From Deltaproteobacteria bacterium RBG_13_43_22 (GTDB taxonomy: Bacteria; Desulfobacterota; RBG-13-43-22), in assembly GCA_001797675.1 (NCBI GenBank), contig MGQB01000001.1:248816-312815 (forward strand): a DNA stretch of 64,000 nucleotides. Reading direction: 5' to 3'. Under the pieces are notes generated by a model. That model was not told where the DNA came from. It ran no database searches and worked only from the letters and a program-made list of their open reading frames with translations. Position numbers and translations under genes: made by a program. How positions within the stretch are numbered: the stretch's first letter is position 1; each line of letters starts with the position of its first letter. Positions 1 through 7,677 of this stretch are shown piece after piece.

Positions 1-427
1 CGGTCATAGCCGTGGCCTGAGAAATTTTCTCGGCGATGCGCCGGCAGGCTTGTTCATCGGACCCATGGATCATGGTAAAGAGATTATATTTCCATTTACC
101 TTGAGGCCGTCGGTGATAGCAATGGGTCACCTCCCTGAAAGAGGCCATGGTTCGACCCACTTCATCGATCTTTTCCTCAGGGACCCTCCAGACCGTCATG
201 GCGTTGGCGGAAAAACCTGTATTGCGGTGCCGGAGAGTGGCCCCGAAACGGCGGATAAAACCTTCTGCTTTCAATTTTTTTATGATGCTTAAGAGTTGTC
301 GTTGAGAAATCCCCAATTGCCCGGCGATCAGGTTAAAAGGGCGGGAAATGACAGGGAGGTCCCCGGTAAGTTCCCGGATAATGGTTTTTTCCAGATCAGA
401 CAGGCCGGTTGCTTGTTTCGGTTTCAA
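1..427 (-). CDS. AsnC/Lrp-type protein, siroheme decarboxylase-like (AhbA/AhbB, NirD/G/H/L family); C-terminus runs off the window
   Basis: It is absent from the ORF track because the window edge truncates it. Manual minus-strand translation from TTG 427-425 stays open to position 2: LKPKQATGLSDLEKTIIRELTGDLPVISRPFNLIAGQLGISQRQLLSIIKKLKAEGFIRRFGATLRHRNTGFSANAMTVWRVPEEKIDEVGRTMASFREVTHCYHRRPQGKWKYNLFTMIHGS. The N-terminal HTH plus the RHRxxGFxANAMxVW core is typical of this family. The TTG overlaps the TGA stop of the upstream gene (TTGA). Confidence 0.6.
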   Translation of the reverse strand, partial: MKPKQATGLSDLEKTIIRELTGDLPVISRPFNLIAGQLGISQRQLLSIIKKLKAEGFIRRFGATLRHRNTGFSANAMTVWRVPEEKIDEVGRTMASFREVTHCYHRRPQGKWKYNLFTMIHGSDEQACRRIAEKISQATAMT

Positions 428-750
428 AAATATTTTCGCTCCAATTCATTCACCAGCAATTCCATGGCCAGGTGAATATTTTTATAATCATCCAAGAGGG
501 CTTTCCCTTGGGTGGTTAAATGAAGACCTCCTTTTTTCCCCTGGGAGGTATCTTTTTCAGCCAAGGGAAATCCCAGGCGGTCTTCGGAGGCCTTCAACCG
601 CCCCCAGGCCGCCCGATAAGACATATTGATCTTCTTGGACGCCTGGGCCAGTGACCCATGATCTTCTATGGCCTGAAGAAGCTGCCTCCGGCCTTCACCA
701 AAAAGAACCCGTTTGTCTTTTTCCAGCCAGACTTTGAAATGAATCTTCAT
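424..750 (-). CDS. Small winged-helix regulator resembling the ModE N-terminal (LysR-type HTH) domain, without Mop/TOBE domains
   Basis: 108-aa ORF. The string GSLAQASKKINMSYRAAWGRLKASEDRLGFPL matches the ModE-N HTH pattern. Confidence 0.65.
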   Translation of the reverse strand: MKIHFKVWLEKDKRVLFGEGRRQLLQAIEDHGSLAQASKKINMSYRAAWGRLKASEDRLGFPLAEKDTSQGKKGGLHLTTQGKALLDDYKNIHLAMELLVNELERKYF

Positions 751-811
751 CGGACAATTTCCCCCATCTCCTGACCAAAGAGCAGGATGAATGGTTTTAT
801 GTGGTTATCAA

Positions 812-896
812 CCTTAGATTCTTACACTTAAAATCTGAGAATTTATCTCTAACAAATTATCCGGTCTGTAGGGGTCTTGTCTTTTGAAGTTGTCCA
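812..896 (-). repeat. Copy 1 of a two-copy ~85-nt intergenic element (partner at 46784..46869)
   Basis: The reverse complement of 812..896 aligns with 46784..46869. The alignment has a 10-nt exact start (TGGACAACTT), a 21-nt exact core GTTAGAGATAAATTCTCAGAT (833..853 versus 46828..46848), and a conserved TAAGNATCTAA tail. Confidence 0.75.
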
Positions 897-1013
897 AAAA
901 GTGATTCATCGCCCCATCCCGGCCCAAAAGCTAAGTGGATTGGAAGCAGGGCATTGAAGCTTTCCGGCCTTTGGCCGGAGCTTCCCGGTAAGGATGGTAA
1001 TCAATTATTGAAG

Positions 1014-1062
1014 TTTGCTTCCCGTAGTCCCCGCCTAATAGGCGGGGACTACGGGAAGCAAA
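1014..1062. repeat. Perfect 22-bp inverted repeat (hairpin) with a 5-nt loop
   Basis: TTTGCTTCCCGTAGTCCCCGCC (1014..1035), TAATA loop, then GGCGGGGACTACGGGAAGCAAA (1041..1062). The arms are exact reverse complements. No T-run follows on either strand. Confidence 0.9.
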
Positions 1063-1371
1063 CCGGTCATCAAAACCTGTTTCGATCAATAGGGAAGGCC
1101 TGCTCTCGGACTCATGCTCGAAATTTGGCCCGGCAAAGAAGCCCATGGCCTATTGGTGGACAACATCAAAAAACGAGACCTCTACAGACCAAATTTCAAA
1201 TATCTTTGGTTAGGTCTTAGGTATCATGGCAGTTTTGAAAAAGAATTGCAAGTCTTCCTGTGGCCTATTTTGTTTCCCTCGGTTCATTTTCCTTGACCCT
1301 TAAAGCCTTTTCTTATAATGATTGATAGCTAGAATAGCCCTCACTAAATTGGACGAAATGACAAGGCTTAA

Positions 1372-2505
1372 TTGAGTCAAAAAACCTCATTTTTAGATCT
1401 TATAAAAGAGTTGGCGAAGATCGCCGACCGGGGCTGGTCGGAAGTTGCCACTCATCTTCCTCCCGGACGGATACCTATCGGCTATTTCTGCCCCTATGTG
1501 CCCGAAGAACTCCTTCAGGCCGCCGGGACTGTTCCTCTTCGCCTCATGGACATGCCGGTTAAAATATCCCATGCCCAGGCCCATCTACCGGCGTATTGCT
1601 GTCACCTGGTCAAATCCTCTTTGGAAAATTACCTTCGAGGGGATTTGGATTTTTTGCAGGGGATCGTATTCAGCCAAAGCTGTGACACCATGAAAGGCCT
1701 GGCTGATATTTGGACTATTGAAGGCCGTCTTCCCTTTCAATTCAACCTGATGGTCCCAACCCGTTTGAATTCTCCTTTGGCCCGTGATTATTTCAGAATC
1801 GAAGTGGAAAATCTTAAGGCGGCCCTGGAAAAAAAACTGGGGAAGATTTCAGACGAAAGCCTTAAAGAAGCAGTCCGACTTTTTAATCAAATCCGAAAAC
1901 GGCTCAGGACTTTATATGCCCGAATGCGGCTGGATCCCGGCCGTCTTCCCGGAAAGGGGTTGGCCCAGATTGTTCAGGCCGGATATCTGATGGACCGGGA
2001 TCAATATCTCCAGTTATTGACCGGGTTGTTGGATTCCTGGCCGGACCAGTCCGCAGGGAAGACTCCCGAAGTGCCCCTTTATCTCTCCGGAAACATCGTC
2101 CATTCAGGTGATTGGTTTTCTTTGATCGAAGAGGCGGGGGGCAGAATCGTCTATGACGACCTGTGCAGCGGAGCACGCACTCTTCGTTTAACTATTAAGG
2201 AGGAGGGCGACCCCTTGGACGCCTTGGTGGACCGCTATTTTACCAACTATCTCTGCCCGACGAAGCACCAGGGAATCGAGGCCCATCAAGAGCTCCTTTT
2301 AAAAGAAGTTCAGGAATCGGGGGCCAAAGGGGTCATTTTTCTTTTTTATAAATATTGTGAATCCTACTATTTCGATTATCCGGATTTAAAAAAATTGCTG
2401 GAAGGCAAAGGTTTTCCTACATTATTATTGGAAATAGAAGATCCTTCGCAAGCCAGGGAACAGATGAAGATCAGATTGCAGGCCTTTGTGGAAATGCTGA
2501 GCTGA
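1372..2505 (+). CDS. 2-hydroxyacyl-CoA dehydratase / benzoyl-CoA reductase family subunit (BcrC/BadD/HgdB-like)
   Basis: 377-aa ORF with a TTG start. It has the family-typical N-terminus IGYFCPYVPEELLQAAGTVPLRL and is paired with the adjacent second subunit. Confidence 0.8.
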   Translation: MSQKTSFLDLIKELAKIADRGWSEVATHLPPGRIPIGYFCPYVPEELLQAAGTVPLRLMDMPVKISHAQAHLPAYCCHLVKSSLENYLRGDLDFLQGIVFSQSCDTMKGLADIWTIEGRLPFQFNLMVPTRLNSPLARDYFRIEVENLKAALEKKLGKISDESLKEAVRLFNQIRKRLRTLYARMRLDPGRLPGKGLAQIVQAGYLMDRDQYLQLLTGLLDSWPDQSAGKTPEVPLYLSGNIVHSGDWFSLIEEAGGRIVYDDLCSGARTLRLTIKEEGDPLDALVDRYFTNYLCPTKHQGIEAHQELLLKEVQESGAKGVIFLFYKYCESYYFDYPDLKKLLEGKGFPTLLLEIEDPSQAREQMKIRLQAFVEMLS

Positions 2506-2683
2506 AGTTTAGCGGTTGATGTAAAACACCCATCTGTCCTCAGGATTTTTTCGTGTTGAGGGCAGCGCTCAGTCCCGTCTCATTCAGGACGGGTCCCGGT
2601 TTCGGAGTCCTTGCATCTGGACATTTTTGATCAACCTTAACATCGGGTATTTCAGTATCCGGTAAAAAACAAACACAAAAACC

Positions 2684-3910
2684 ATGGCAACAAAAAAAAC
2701 AGCCCCAAAGTCCTACCGGGAGATCGAATCCGTCAAGGCCTATCGCCGGCTGATGCAGGGCTATTATTTGATGGCCACGCATCCCAAATGGTTTGGTAAA
2801 AAAACAGCCTGGATCACCAGCGGCGGGCCCGTGGAACCCCTCTATGCCATGGGAGTCCTTCCCTTTTACCCGGAAAATTACGGGGCCATGTGTGGTGCCG
2901 GTCGGGAGGCGGTATCCCTGTGCGAGACGGCGGAAGCTCAAGGTTATTCCCGGGACCTCTGTTCTTATGCCCGGTTGGATATCGGTAGCTCCATAAGCGG
3001 CAAAGGCCCCCTGGGGGTTCTGCCCAAACCTAATTTTCTGGTCTGCGGCAACAACATTTGCGGGACGGTCATCAAATGGTATGAAATCCAGGCCCGGAAA
3101 TTCCAGGTTCCCCTTTTTTTCCTGGACACTCCTTTTATCCATAAGGAACTGACCGATCACACCATTCAATATGTCCGACGACAGATGGAGGAATATGTCG
3201 CCTTTCTGGAAAAAGCATGCCGGCGCCCTTTTTCGGAAAAGCGTTTTCTGAAGGTTTCAGCCAGGTCCGTCGAAGCGGTCAGCCTGTGGAAGGAGATCCT
3301 GGAACTTTCCCGATCCCGTCCGGCCCCTTTCGCCGCCTTTGATGCCTTCATCCATATGGCCCCCATTGTCACCTTACGGGGGACCGGTTGGGCCGTCCGC
3401 TATTATAAAAAACTGAAAAAAGAACTCGAAAACCGGGTAAAAAATGGGCAAGGGGCCTTTGCCCGGGAAGAGATCCGGTTGATCTGGGATAATATCCCCA
3501 TCTGGTATGACATCCGGAACCTGTCCCAACTTCTGGCCCGACACGGGGCGGTTCTGGTGGCCGACACCTATACGTCGGCCTGGACTTTAAAACCCTTGGA
3601 TCTGGCAAATCCCCTGGAAAGTCTGTCCCGCTCCTATGCCTCTGTGCTTCTCAATTTGGGATTGGAACATAAGGTGGCCAACATGTCGGAATTGATAAAA
3701 CAATATCAGGCCGATGGATTTATCATGCATTCCAACCGGAGTTGTAAGACCTATTCTCTGGGACAATATGATCTTAAGAAAAAGGTCACGGAACTGACCG
3801 GCAAACCGGGCCTGATCATCGAGGCCGATCACACAGACTCCCGCAGTTACGCACCAAGCCAAGTCGAAAAACAGATCGAGACCTTTGTGGAAATGGCCCG
3901 AACGAGGTAG
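2684..3910 (+). CDS. 2-hydroxyacyl-CoA dehydratase family subunit (HgdA/BcrB-like partner)
   Basis: 408-aa ORF containing AWITSGGPVEPLYAMGVLPFYPENYGAMCGA, typical of this family. No HgdC/BcrA-type ATPase activator gene is visible in the window. Confidence 0.8.
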   Translation: MATKKTAPKSYREIESVKAYRRLMQGYYLMATHPKWFGKKTAWITSGGPVEPLYAMGVLPFYPENYGAMCGAGREAVSLCETAEAQGYSRDLCSYARLDIGSSISGKGPLGVLPKPNFLVCGNNICGTVIKWYEIQARKFQVPLFFLDTPFIHKELTDHTIQYVRRQMEEYVAFLEKACRRPFSEKRFLKVSARSVEAVSLWKEILELSRSRPAPFAAFDAFIHMAPIVTLRGTGWAVRYYKKLKKELENRVKNGQGAFAREEIRLIWDNIPIWYDIRNLSQLLARHGAVLVADTYTSAWTLKPLDLANPLESLSRSYASVLLNLGLEHKVANMSELIKQYQADGFIMHSNRSCKTYSLGQYDLKKKVTELTGKPGLIIEADHTDSRSYAPSQVEKQIETFVEMARTR

Positions 3911-4281
3911 ATTGATTGACCCATCAATCCAATCAGTGGAAGCTCGAAATCATGACCACCGAAGCGGAAACGTCAGCCGCCGCTGCAATGGTCTTTATCA
4001 CCTAAGCCGTCGAGGAAGTGGCAAAAGGGGCCATGTAGGTTATGGCCGGCAAGGGTTAAGTGAATGGAAAGGTCATCGAAACCTGTTTTCGGGATGCCCG
4101 GTTCCGGCCGGTGGCACGAAAAACATCGGAAGCGCTCTGTATGCGCATTGCCGACGATTGCATGGCCAAGTATAGGTGATGCACAGGTAAATAAGTTGGG
4201 TAAAAGATTTTTTGGCGGGCCAAATGATAAATTATTTTTATTGTCCTGTTTAAAAATAATATTATAACCGCAAATAACGAA

Positions 4282-4311
4282 TTGACAACCAGTAATTTGT
4301 TAGTGTATTAA
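4282..4311 (+). promoter_or_regulatory. Sigma-70-like promoter candidate inside the long non-coding region
   Basis: TTGACA (4282..4287), an 18-nt spacer, then TATTAA (4306..4311), in an AT-rich context. Confidence 0.3.
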
Positions 4312-4652
4312 AGAACAAACAGTCTTAATAAATCCTGAAGTTATATATAATACATACCGTTAAGGATCCTGGATTTCTTTCCCCCGTTTTTTCCGGCGGT
4401 CAAACTTGACAGGATTGACAGGAAGGAAAACACGACTGCTCTCTGTTAAAAAAAGAAATCCAAAGCGATATCTTCTAACCTATTGCCAGGCTTAAGAAAA
4501 GGGTGCAGTATCTTCGACTCTGTCGAAGAACCCATGACTGCAATCCCTTCAAAAGGAACTGACCGGTCAGGATGCAGATACCAATAAGCAGACACAATCC
4601 AAAAAAAGTTCAATACCTTATTTATCCATTCAATCTTCCCTTTATTCTAAGG

Positions 4653-4684
4653 GGAATCCCAGCCATGGCGGGATTCCTCTTTGT
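4653..4684 (+). terminator. Hairpin plus weak T-tract, possible terminator of a non-coding transcript
   Basis: GGAATCCC (4653..4660) pairs with GGGATTCC (4670..4677) and is followed by TCTTTGT. Confidence 0.3.
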
Positions 4685-4802
4685 AAAATAGGATCGGTGA
4701 AGACCTAAAAACCCAAGGGCGATGAACTATTCCGAGGGTAAACCACTATGGAGATCTGACCGGGTGGGTAGCAACTTGGAATGGTTGAACCCAGGGAGTT
4801 CA

Positions 4803-4831
4803 TTGACAAAGTCGATGAGGTGTTTTAGAAA
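4803..4831 (+). promoter_or_regulatory. Sigma-70-like promoter candidate for the ABC transporter operon
   Basis: TTGACA (4803..4808), a 17-nt spacer, then TAGAAA (4826..4831). This lies about 40 nt upstream of the RBS AAAGGAGG and the ATG at 4869. Confidence 0.35.
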
Positions 4832-4868
4832 ATTTAACTTTTTTATTTTTTATTAAAAGGAGGACGCC

Positions 4869-6059
4869 ATGAAAGTACAACAAGGATGGATTGGATTTTT
4901 GGTCGTTTGTTTCTTATTAATTCCGGTCTTTGGTAATACCGCAGTTGTCGGGGTAACGGATACGGAGGTTTGGGTTGGTATCACCACCCCTTTATCCGGG
5001 CCGGCAGCCCTCTGGGGGGCGACAGGGCAGGGTGCCAAGGCCTGGGCCGATTATGTCAATGACCAAGGCGGGGTTCATGGCCGGAAGATTAAAGTGATCC
5101 TCAAGGACGACGGGTATAATCCGGCCAGGGCTGTGGCTAACCTGAATGAAATGAAAGGAAAAATCTTTGTAGTGAACGCCCTTCTAGGAACTGCGGTCGT
5201 CAATGCCTGTAAGGATTTTTTCTTTGATAATAAGATTCCTTTGATCGATGCCTACGGTGATGTCCGCATATGGGCTAAGTATCCAAAAGACAAACTGAAA
5301 TATATTTTTGTTTCTTATCCGGATTATGAAGACGAAGCCCGGTATTTGGCCAACTACTCCATGAAAAACATGGGATCTAAAAAAATGGCCATTTTCTATC
5401 AGAATGACGACTACGGCAAGATGGGCCTGGAAGGGATAAAAATGGTGGTATCCGCAAGTCAGGGTAAGGCCCAATTGGCGGCGGCCGTCCCCTATGAGGT
5501 GACCGAAAGGGCCTTGTCCACTCACGCCCTTAAACTTAAAGAATCGGGAGCCGACACAGTTTACCTGTATACCACCATGAGCCATGCCGCCCTGATTCTG
5601 AAGGAAATGGCCAAAGTGGGTTATCGACCCAAAACCATGGTCAGTTTTCCCATGGGTGATCCCGTTATGTTCAAAGTAGCCGGAGAGGTCTGGGAAGGGG
5701 TTTACCCGGCCGGTGCCGGCCAGGTCGGGGTTCCCGGTGAAAAGGTCATGGACCGGGTGGCCGACATCCTCATAAAATATGATCCCAGTCTCAAAGGGAA
5801 AGAATATCTGGCTGTTTTTGGGGCCGTCTCCATGATGACTTTGGCGGAAGGTTTAAAAAATGCCGGGAAAAATCTTACCCAGGATTCTTTGATCAAGGGA
5901 ATGGAAATGATCAAGAACTGGAAGCCGGAAGGGATCGGTGCCGGGATGACTTTCTCTCCCACCCGCCACCACGGGGTCAATGGTTCACGTCTCTTACATG
6001 CCGAAAAAGGGACCCATGTCCCGATTTCTGAATACGTTATTCATAAACCTTTATTTTAA
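4869..6059 (+). CDS. ABC transporter substrate-binding protein, branched-chain amino acid (LivK/Peripla_BP_6) family
   Basis: 396 aa with an N-terminal signal peptide. Family strings VGITTPLSGPAALWG and KDDGYNPARAV are present, with a strong RBS. Confidence 0.88.
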   Translation: MKVQQGWIGFLVVCFLLIPVFGNTAVVGVTDTEVWVGITTPLSGPAALWGATGQGAKAWADYVNDQGGVHGRKIKVILKDDGYNPARAVANLNEMKGKIFVVNALLGTAVVNACKDFFFDNKIPLIDAYGDVRIWAKYPKDKLKYIFVSYPDYEDEARYLANYSMKNMGSKKMAIFYQNDDYGKMGLEGIKMVVSASQGKAQLAAAVPYEVTERALSTHALKLKESGADTVYLYTTMSHAALILKEMAKVGYRPKTMVSFPMGDPVMFKVAGEVWEGVYPAGAGQVGVPGEKVMDRVADILIKYDPSLKGKEYLAVFGAVSMMTLAEGLKNAGKNLTQDSLIKGMEMIKNWKPEGIGAGMTFSPTRHHGVNGSRLLHAEKGTHVPISEYVIHKPLF

Positions 6060-6076
6060 AAAGAGGAGCCGGAAGA

Positions 6077-6134
6077 CCGGATACGGAAGATGGAACCGGT
6101 TCCAGACCTGATTTTTTCCAAAATCCGTATCCGG
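6077..6134 (+). repeat. Intercistronic hairpin between the binding-protein and ATPase genes
   Basis: CCGGATACGGA (6077..6087) pairs with TCCGTATCCGG (6124..6134). The stem encloses the palindrome GGAACCGGTTCC (6092..6103). Confidence 0.8.
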
Positions 6135-6151
6135 ACTTTCAACCATAAACC

Positions 6152-6904
6152 ATGCCTCTCCTGGAAATTAAAGATATCAGCATCAGTTTCGGCGGAATAA
6201 TGGCCTTGAGCGGAATTTCTCTTCAGGTGCAGGAAGAAAAGATCATTGCGGTCATCGGCCCCAATGGATCGGGTAAGACCACCTTGTTTAACTGCCTGAC
6301 CGGTATTTACCATCCGAATGAAGGGGAAATCCATTTAAACGGAGAAAATATCCTAAGGCTCTCTCCGGACGCCATAGCTGAACTGGGGATAGCCCGGACC
6401 TTTCAAAACCTCAGACTCTTCATGAATATGAACGTATTGGACAATCTTCTGGTGGGAAGGCACCTTCATTTCAGAAAAAATCCCCTCTTGCCCATGCTCC
6501 GAATTCGGAAAGAAGAAATCCTTCATCGAAAAATAATCGAAGAAATAATCGATTTTCTGGATCTCCAGGCCTATCGAAAGGCCCGCGTGGCCGACTGTCC
6601 CTATGGGGTTCAGAAAAGGGTGGAATTAGGGCGGGCCCTGGCCCTGGAACCTAAACTGCTGTTATTGGATGAGCCGATTTCCGGGCTGACCTCGGAAGAA
6701 AAGGAAGAGGCCGCTTACCGGATCAATGAGATCCGGGGTCGATTCCAAATGACCATTCTTTTAGTCGAACATGATCTTCGGATCGCCTCCCGTCTGGCTG
6801 ATTCGATGGTCGCTTTTTATTATGGCCAAAAAATTGCACAAGGGACTCCGGAGGAGGTACAACGCAATCCGGAAGTCATCAGGGCCTATCTGGGGGATGA
6901 TTGA
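6152..6904 (+). CDS. ABC transporter ATP-binding protein (LivG-type)
   Basis: 250 aa with Walker A GPNGSGKTT, LLLLDEP Walker B, and the LivG-type C-terminal EEVQRNPEVIRAYLG. Confidence 0.92.
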   Translation: MPLLEIKDISISFGGIMALSGISLQVQEEKIIAVIGPNGSGKTTLFNCLTGIYHPNEGEIHLNGENILRLSPDAIAELGIARTFQNLRLFMNMNVLDNLLVGRHLHFRKNPLLPMLRIRKEEILHRKIIEEIIDFLDLQAYRKARVADCPYGVQKRVELGRALALEPKLLLLDEPISGLTSEEKEEAAYRINEIRGRFQMTILLVEHDLRIASRLADSMVAFYYGQKIAQGTPEEVQRNPEVIRAYLGDD

Positions 6905-7677
6905 TGTCTTTTTTAAAAATCGCCAACATCGAAACGCTTTACTTTGACCGTATCTATGCCTTACACGGCCTCACCCTGGATGTGGCCGAAAAAGAGATTT
7001 TTGCCGTCCTGGGTCCCAATGGGGCGGGCAAAACCACCCTGCTCAAGACGGTTGCCGGTTTACTCAAGGATCAGCCCAAGAAAGGAATCATCGAATTTAA
7101 CGGCCGCAGGATTCATCGTCTGGCTCCGGAACGAATTTCTTCTTTGGGGATCGTTTACGTCCCTGAGGACCGGGGTCTTTTTCGGGAATTGACTGTAAAG
7201 GAAAATCTGGATCTGGGGTGCTGGGGCAGAAGGACCAAGGGAATAAAAGAAGACCTGGATTTTATTTACGAGCTTTTTCCCATTCTTATAGAACGGACAG
7301 GGCAACAAGCGGAAACCTTATCCGGTGGTGAGCAGCAGATGCTGGCTATTGCCCGGGCCATGCTCCGCAAGCCTAAACTGCTGATGCTCGATGAGCCTTC
7401 TCTGGGTCTGGCACCCCTGTTGGCCCGCAATGTCTTTGAGGCCCTGGAAAAAATCAGCCAGTTAGGAACCACCATTCTCCTGGTGGAACAAAACGCCAAG
7501 CTGGCTCTCAAAATTGCCAATTATGGGTACATTCTGGAGGCCGGTCGAATTGTTTTAAAGGGAACCTCCAAAGAGCTGATGGAAAATGAGGATGTTCAGG
7601 AATTGTATTTGGGCCTGGGTCAGGAAACCACCACATCCAAGGGGTGGCGGCTCTATAAGAAAAGAAGGAGATGGTAA
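6901..7677 (+). CDS. ABC transporter ATP-binding protein (LivF-type)
   Basis: 258 aa with Walker A GPNGAGKTT, signature LSGGEQQMLAIARA, and Walker B LLMLDEP. It overlaps the previous gene by 4 nt. Confidence 0.92.
   Translation: MMSFLKIANIETLYFDRIYALHGLTLDVAEKEIFAVLGPNGAGKTTLLKTVAGLLKDQPKKGIIEFNGRRIHRLAPERISSLGIVYVPEDRGLFRELTVKENLDLGCWGRRTKGIKEDLDFIYELFPILIERTGQQAETLSGGEQQMLAIARAMLRKPKLLMLDEPSLGLAPLLARNVFEALEKISQLGTTILLVEQNAKLALKIANYGYILEAGRIVLKGTSKELMENEDVQELYLGLGQETTTSKGWRLYKKRRRW

Noticed and set aside
50-629. Plus-strand ORFs 50..292 and 348..629.
   Set aside because: They are mirror frames of the minus-strand AsnC-like and ModE-like genes, which have clear family motifs.
1065-1084. An 18-nt motif GGTCATC(A/G)AAACCTGTTT is shared by the leaders of the two adjacent plus-strand operons (1065..1084 and 4071..4091). 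I considered it as a common operator.
   Set aside because: A rough estimate says a 17-of-18 match is expected a few times by chance among all position pairs in 64 kb on both strands. It is not significant on its own, and no dyad symmetry is present.
4112-4126. TGGCAC hexamer, considered as a sigma-54 -24 element.
   Set aside because: The required GC of the -12 element falls on AT at the canonical spacing. No TTGC follows.
3950-4180. Possible known structured RNA (RNase P, cobalamin riboswitch, tmRNA) in the GC-richer part of the long non-coding region.
   Set aside because: The diagnostic cores are absent on either strand. These are GAGGAAAGTCCGGGC for RNase P, the GCCACTG B12 box in proper context, and the tmRNA ends.
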